A stretch of DNA of 64,000 bases from Candidatus Bathyarchaeota archaeon (GTDB lineage Archaea > Thermoproteota > Bathyarchaeia > Bathyarchaeales > Bathycorpusculaceae), in assembly GCA_016927015.1 (NCBI GenBank), contig JAFGNM010000117.1, forward strand, positions 29,182 through 93,181, read 5' to 3'. A program made the translations under genes and the position numbers. Positions 59,875 to 64,000 of the stretch are shown here, one piece after another (the stretch's first letter is position 1; each line of letters opens with the position of its first letter). Under the pieces are notes generated by a model. That model had not been told where the DNA came from and searched no databases. It saw nothing but the letters and a program-made list of their open reading frames with translations.

Positions 59875-60656
59875 GCCAGCAGTTGCCGTAGTTTTTGTAG
59901 GCTTTCTTCCACGTGTTCCACTGCTTCGATCATTATGGTTTTGTCGTAGTCTATTTCGCGGAGGGTTTCTGCGAATTGTTGCCAGTTGATTTTTCCGTAG
60001 CCTATTCCTAGGTGCTGGTCGTTTTCGCCCATGTTGTCGCTGATGTGCATGTGCACGATTTTGTCTGGCAGCTTTTTCAGGAATTGTTCTGTTTGGCCTT
60101 CGAGGTTTGCGTGTCCAACGTCTAAAACAATGCCTACATCGTTTAGGCTGGTTTCTTTGTAGAATTTTTGGAAGTCTTCTGGTTGTTTCATTATGAAGCC
60201 GTATTTTTCGGGCAGGTTTTCTATGGCTGTGTTTAAGCCGTGGTTTTCTGCGGTTTCGTGCAGTTGGCGTATGGTTTGGATGTTTTGCTTCCAGTCTTCG
60301 TTTGGATAGAACGTGCTGATGCCTGTTTTTGCGCCTGGATGGAAAACCCAGAGCTGCGCGTTTAAGTCGTTGGCGTAAGCCATTGACTGTTCGAGTCTTT
60401 TGATGCTGGCGTTCAGCATGGGTTTTGACGGTGACGCTATGTTTATGTCTGCGAAAGGCGCGTGCACCGTGTATCTTATGCCTTTGGACTTGGCAATCGC
60501 GTTAAGTTTGGAAACTCTTTTTTTGTTGAGTTCGTGTAACCCTTCATCGACAACTTCAACGAGCTGGACTTCAACTTTGGCTAAGCGTTTAAGCATCTTG
60601 CTGAAGGGTTCGCTTAGGCAATAAAGCATTGAAACACCAATCTTCGGTTTGGGCAT
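59871..60656 (-). CDS. Sugar phosphate isomerase/epimerase (AP-endonuclease-2 TIM barrel)
   Basis: VHAPFADINIAS, FHPG, IEN, LDVGHA, HISDN..DQH. Confidence 0.85.
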   Translation of the reverse strand: MPKPKIGVSMLYCLSEPFSKMLKRLAKVEVQLVEVVDEGLHELNKKRVSKLNAIAKSKGIRYTVHAPFADINIASPSKPMLNASIKRLEQSMAYANDLNAQLWVFHPGAKTGISTFYPNEDWKQNIQTIRQLHETAENHGLNTAIENLPEKYGFIMKQPEDFQKFYKETSLNDVGIVLDVGHANLEGQTEQFLKKLPDKIVHMHISDNMGENDQHLGIGYGKINWQQFAETLREIDYDKTIMIEAVEHVEESLQKLRQLLA

Positions 60657-60809
60657 GCGGTTTATCCTCTTCTGGCTTTGAGGGTTTACTTTCGAACTCG
60701 CACTTAATAACCTAATCTGGATGCAGCGGTGCTTTCAGAAGGACTGCTGTGCAATTTTTGACTTATACCCCCTTATTTATACTATAAATAGTTCTGAAGA
60801 AAAGCGCGG

Positions 60810-60864
60810 TGGATAGACCCCTCTATAGGTTTCTGCATTCTATTTCTATTAGGATCCAAATATG
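60810..60864 (-). repeat. Dispersed ~50-bp bipartite motif, copy 3 (inverted)
   Basis: Reverse complement cATATTTGGATCCTAATAG-aaataga-ATGCAGAAACCTATAG-aGGGGTCTatcca. Confidence 0.9.
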
Positions 60865-60922
60865 CTGGAAGACGCGTAAGTGTTAAATATTTGTAAATAT
60901 ATTTCTGTTTACAGGTGAGGGT

Positions 60923-61405
60923 TTGAGTCCAGGCTATTCTTTATCTTCACCACTAAGCCGGAAACAAAAAGCAGTGTGGTCGCTGATAAGCAGAGGCTTG
61001 TCCGTGGCTTCAATCGCTGACAAGCTGAGAACCACGAGGCAATTTGTCAACCAGACAAAACTGGCGGCTGAAGCCAAACTTTCAACAACGCTTCTGGAAG
61101 TTGCACAAGCCAACGACCTTCAAGTGACAAGATTATACCCTAAACAAGCCGTACTTCTCGGCTATCATCCAGCGCTCAAGCGCAAAGCCATCGTGACCTA
61201 CAGCACAAACCACGGGATAAAAGTCTGGTACTGGCACGACAACCCCGAGGAAGTTACCAACGAAGAATTCCTACGCCAGACCCGAGAGTACCTGCTTGAC
61301 ACAGCCAAAGAAAGAGGAATAGAAATCGAAAACGCAGACAAGATTCACCCAGCCAAGCTAGCACACATAATTTTTTGTAAGCTCATCCCAGAGTTGAAAA
61401 CATGA
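60923..61405 (+). CDS. HTH DNA-binding protein (LuxR/sigma region 4-like N-terminus)
   Basis: LSRKQKAVWSLISRGLSVASIADKLRTTRQFVNQ. Confidence 0.75.
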   Translation: MSPGYSLSSPLSRKQKAVWSLISRGLSVASIADKLRTTRQFVNQTKLAAEAKLSTTLLEVAQANDLQVTRLYPKQAVLLGYHPALKRKAIVTYSTNHGIKVWYWHDNPEEVTNEEFLRQTREYLLDTAKERGIEIENADKIHPAKLAHIIFCKLIPELKT

Positions 61406-61965
61406 CAACCAAAAGAAGTTTAGAAAATCGTATCAGAGGCTGGTTTCCTAAAGAACCTCTTAGAGTTAGTTTCCAAGCTGATATCCTATATTCTGAGTGG
61501 GTCTCGGTTGGAAAATTCGTAAGGGCTATTGTAGGATCTATTTCAGTGCTTGCTCTATTTGTGCTGACAATATCCATCTGGGTTAGCATCTCTATACAGA
61601 ATCCTCTCTTTGCAGTCATATTTGCGTTTCCTCTGATTTTTTTGCTAATTTTGTATGTAAACTATCGAGGTGTTCAGATAATAATAACTTCAAAGGAGCT
61701 CATAGTTAGTTATGGCATCTTGAATCGCAAACGTATTGCTATTTCTGACATAGTTTCATGCGAGCATACTAAAGCAAATTTTGGAAAATATTTGGGTGTT
61801 GGAATAAGATATGGGACTGATGGCTCTTGGGCATATTCAACGTCCTTTAGCAATGCGATAAAAATTAATCAGTTAAGAGGAAGACCCTTCGTCTTTTCTT
61901 CAAACAACCCAGATAAGATTTGCAGCACTATTAGCCAAATGAAGCAGCCAGAAAAGGATAGATGA
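61402..61965 (+). CDS. 'RGW' array member 1: two TMs + PH-like domain
   Basis: Starts MTTKRSLENRIRGWFPKEP; ATGA overlap with the HTH gene. Confidence 0.8.
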   Translation: MTTKRSLENRIRGWFPKEPLRVSFQADILYSEWVSVGKFVRAIVGSISVLALFVLTISIWVSISIQNPLFAVIFAFPLIFLLILYVNYRGVQIIITSKELIVSYGILNRKRIAISDIVSCEHTKANFGKYLGVGIRYGTDGSWAYSTSFSNAIKINQLRGRPFVFSSNNPDKICSTISQMKQPEKDR

Positions 61966-61968
61966 GAA

Positions 61969-62490
61969 ATGGGTGTAAAGAAGAACCTAGAGAAACAAAT
62001 TCGCGGCTGGTTTCCTAAAGAGCCTGCTCTTCCAAGCACTCAAAGCATGAAAATGGCGGCGCAAAAAGAAAATGAAAAACAAAATGAAGCAAAAATTAAA
62101 CAAGTACTTTATGTCATTCTTGGAGTTGGCGGGGTTTTATTAGGTATTTTCTCAGGCATGGGTTATGGATTGTGTGCAGCAATCGTAATTGGTGTCGCTA
62201 CAGCTCTTGTTATAGCAGTGGCTGATAGACATTTGAACCCTCGTCAACGGGGCGCCAAGGAAGTTAGGACTGTAGTTCAAAGAAAAGTGATGAATTCGAT
62301 TTTAATATTTAACGTGGCCATTTTTGGGCTTTACTTAGCACTCTACTTCGGGATTTTGCCGATCATAAGTAATGCTGAACTTGCGTTGGTTATTGTGATA
62401 GCTTTACTTGCTGTATGGTTTTTGGTTAACCGTTTACTTCTTAGGAACCTGCGTAAGCAAGCAACGCCGTCTATGGAGGAGAAATTATGA
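61969..62490 (+). CDS. 'RGW' array member 2: four-TM protein
   Basis: Starts MGVKKNLEKQIRGWFPKEP. Confidence 0.8.
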   Translation: MGVKKNLEKQIRGWFPKEPALPSTQSMKMAAQKENEKQNEAKIKQVLYVILGVGGVLLGIFSGMGYGLCAAIVIGVATALVIAVADRHLNPRQRGAKEVRTVVQRKVMNSILIFNVAIFGLYLALYFGILPIISNAELALVIVIALLAVWFLVNRLLLRNLRKQATPSMEEKL

Positions 62491-62960
62491 GTTTAAAGAG
62501 AGCATTTATGAACCGTATTCGCGGTTGGCTTCCCAAAGGATACAACTTTACGCTCGCAGATAAAATGTCAAAGCCTCGTTGGTGGAAGCCTCTTTGGGCA
62601 GTCACAATAGTGGGAATCATTGTTTCTACACTCTTCTCCTTCCTTATCTTTCATGTTCCCGTAGAAAGGGCGATTCTGGGACTGGTTCTATCCTTACTTT
62701 GTGTAAGCTTCGCATACTACATCCGCGTCAGGCCTTCAATGAAAATGAATAGAGGCCTATACGTTCTCTTGGGAATAACACCCATCGGATTTTCTCTATG
62801 GATGGTTTTGGCTCTTAGTGGGCTCGGCAGATGGTTAACCAACATGGTTGGCGCTTTTCCTTCTCTTATCATAGGTTGGGTAGTGTGTTTCAGCATAGGC
62901 GCTTTGATAGGCGATTGGATAGGCAAACGAAGAAACTACCACCTGCCCCTTTCACCCTGA
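62487..62960 (+). CDS. 'RGW' array member 3: four-TM protein
   Basis: Starts MSLKRAFMNRIRGWLPKG; ATGA overlap. Confidence 0.8.
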   Translation: MSLKRAFMNRIRGWLPKGYNFTLADKMSKPRWWKPLWAVTIVGIIVSTLFSFLIFHVPVERAILGLVLSLLCVSFAYYIRVRPSMKMNRGLYVLLGITPIGFSLWMVLALSGLGRWLTNMVGAFPSLIIGWVVCFSIGALIGDWIGKRRNYHLPLSP

Positions 62961-62984
62961 AAACATGGAAGGTTGCTTGAACAC

Positions 62985-63554
62985 ATGAATATAAAGAAAT
63001 ACTTGGAGAATCGCTTTCGGGGCTGGCTTCCTGAAGAGAAGAGTCTAGCATATATGCACAAGTCATCGAAGTCTCGTTGGCGCAAACCCTGCTGGATAGC
63101 TCTTACCTTGGTTAGCGTTGTTGCTCTAGCAGGTTTTACTTTTCTAGGCGTAAACACATATTTACGTTACAGCAACCCAGCTATGGACACTACAACGTGT
63201 TATTACGAGAAAACTGTGAACTGTTCCACCGCAAGCGTAGGCGATATTGTTGAAGTTAACGTTCAGGTGTATTGGCACGGTTATGTATTTCCAGAGTTTA
63301 AACGGGACGTGAAAATTGTTGACTCATTTCCCGAAAGCAACTTCATTCTCATAAATGAAGGCAATGTTTACGAATCCAGCGGTTATGGCGGAAGCTACCA
63401 ACTCCAATACTTGTTAAAAGCCGTTAAAGGAGAAGGCATATCTGTCAAATTGACTGAGCCGAGGCTTTACTTAGATAACGTTGAAGTTTCTCCAGAGGGT
63501 ACAAGTCCAGCTTTGAAGTTACAGAATTTTGCAGAATCAAATATGAGGACTTGA
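62985..63554 (+). CDS. 'RGW' array member 4: single TM + Ig-like (DUF11-like) extracellular domain
   Basis: Starts MNIKKYLENRFRGWLPEE; EKTVNCSTASVGDIVEVNV...VKIVDSFP. Confidence 0.8.
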   Translation: MNIKKYLENRFRGWLPEEKSLAYMHKSSKSRWRKPCWIALTLVSVVALAGFTFLGVNTYLRYSNPAMDTTTCYYEKTVNCSTASVGDIVEVNVQVYWHGYVFPEFKRDVKIVDSFPESNFILINEGNVYESSGYGGSYQLQYLLKAVKGEGISVKLTEPRLYLDNVEVSPEGTSPALKLQNFAESNMRT

Positions 63555-63558
63555 AAGC

Positions 63559-64000
63559 CTGAACCTAAAGAAATCTATAGAAAAACGCATTCGCGGGTGG
63601 CTGCCAAAAGAACCCAACCGCCACAGCACCAAGCGTACGATAGGTCGACACCGCTTGGTAAACAAACGTGTACTCATCTTTCTTTCTGTTTCCCTCACTT
63701 GTTTTGTCTTGGTTGCTGGCGGCGCGTATGTTTTTTGGTGGTATTCTGAACAAATATTAGAAAACCTGAAAGGGTATTCTGCAAGGCTTGAGGATGACGG
63801 TTTCATTGTTGAAGAAAAACCTTTGACAGAGTTCAATGTAAATTTCACGCAGGACTGGTACTGGTTTGGCGACTTTCGCACCTATGCTAAACAAGAAAAA
63901 GTGACACACATCTATATTGACCACGAAATAAACGGGCTCTACTATCTCACCCATGTAAGCCCGACAAATGATTCCACCGTGGCAATCATTTTCTATTACA
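63559..64000 (+). CDS. 'RGW' array member 5: single TM + extracellular domain; runs off the right edge
   Basis: Manual translation from CTG at 63559: NLKKSIEKRIRGWLPKEP...LIFLSVSLTCFVLVAGGAYVFWWY...; frame open to the window end. Confidence 0.8.
   Translation, partial: MNLKKSIEKRIRGWLPKEPNRHSTKRTIGRHRLVNKRVLIFLSVSLTCFVLVAGGAYVFWWYSEQILENLKGYSARLEDDGFIVEEKPLTEFNVNFTQDWYWFGDFRTYAKQEKVTHIYIDHEINGLYYLTHVSPTNDSTVAIIFYY

Noticed and set aside
49782..60864. CRISPR array or replication origin made from the 50-bp motif
   Set aside because: Copies are 4-7 kb apart, not spacer-separated, and there are no cas genes. There is no orc1/cdc6 gene or clustered ORB pair around an unwinding element, so oriC is unsupported.
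736..63954. Many 60-175-aa ORFs antisense to or overlapping confident genes (e.g. 736-1116, 3837-4361, 9179-9673, 55310-55756, 63537-63881)
   Set aside because: Shadow frames of well-supported genes, with no motifs of their own.

Overview
Archaeal genomic window. Rpp21, rpS19e, rpL39e, rpL31e, eIF6, rpL18a/LX, prefoldin and FtsY show it is archaeal; gene style suggests a TACK lineage such as Bathyarchaeia, which is an inference. Layout: (1) 1-9.8 kb nucleotide-sugar genes (UDP-GlcA decarboxylase-like, galU, ugd, rmlACBD, a B12 radical SAM enzyme, a flippase-like membrane protein). (2) 9.9-26 kb scarred accessory region containing small DNA-binding genes, two tRNA-3'-end-like direct repeats bracketing a 1748-aa secreted repeat protein and its anchored partner, an orphan terminase pair, HicAB, a TnpB remnant, and a Wzx flippase flanked by a duplicated abrB-like segment. 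(3) 26-46 kb large minus-strand glycosylation cluster. (4) 48-60.7 kb core translation and RNA-processing genes interrupted by accessory inserts. (5) 60.9-64 kb an HTH regulator followed by at least five tightly coupled, otherwise unrelated membrane-protein genes that all begin with the same 'RIRGW(F/L)PKE' peptide. The strongest candidates for undescribed systems are this HTH + 'RGW' array, a ~50-bp bipartite motif found three times at core/accessory junctions, and the att-like-flanked toxin/adhesin-like cassette. No intact tRNA, rRNA, CRISPR array or integrase was found. All family assignments come from motif recognition by eye, not database searches.
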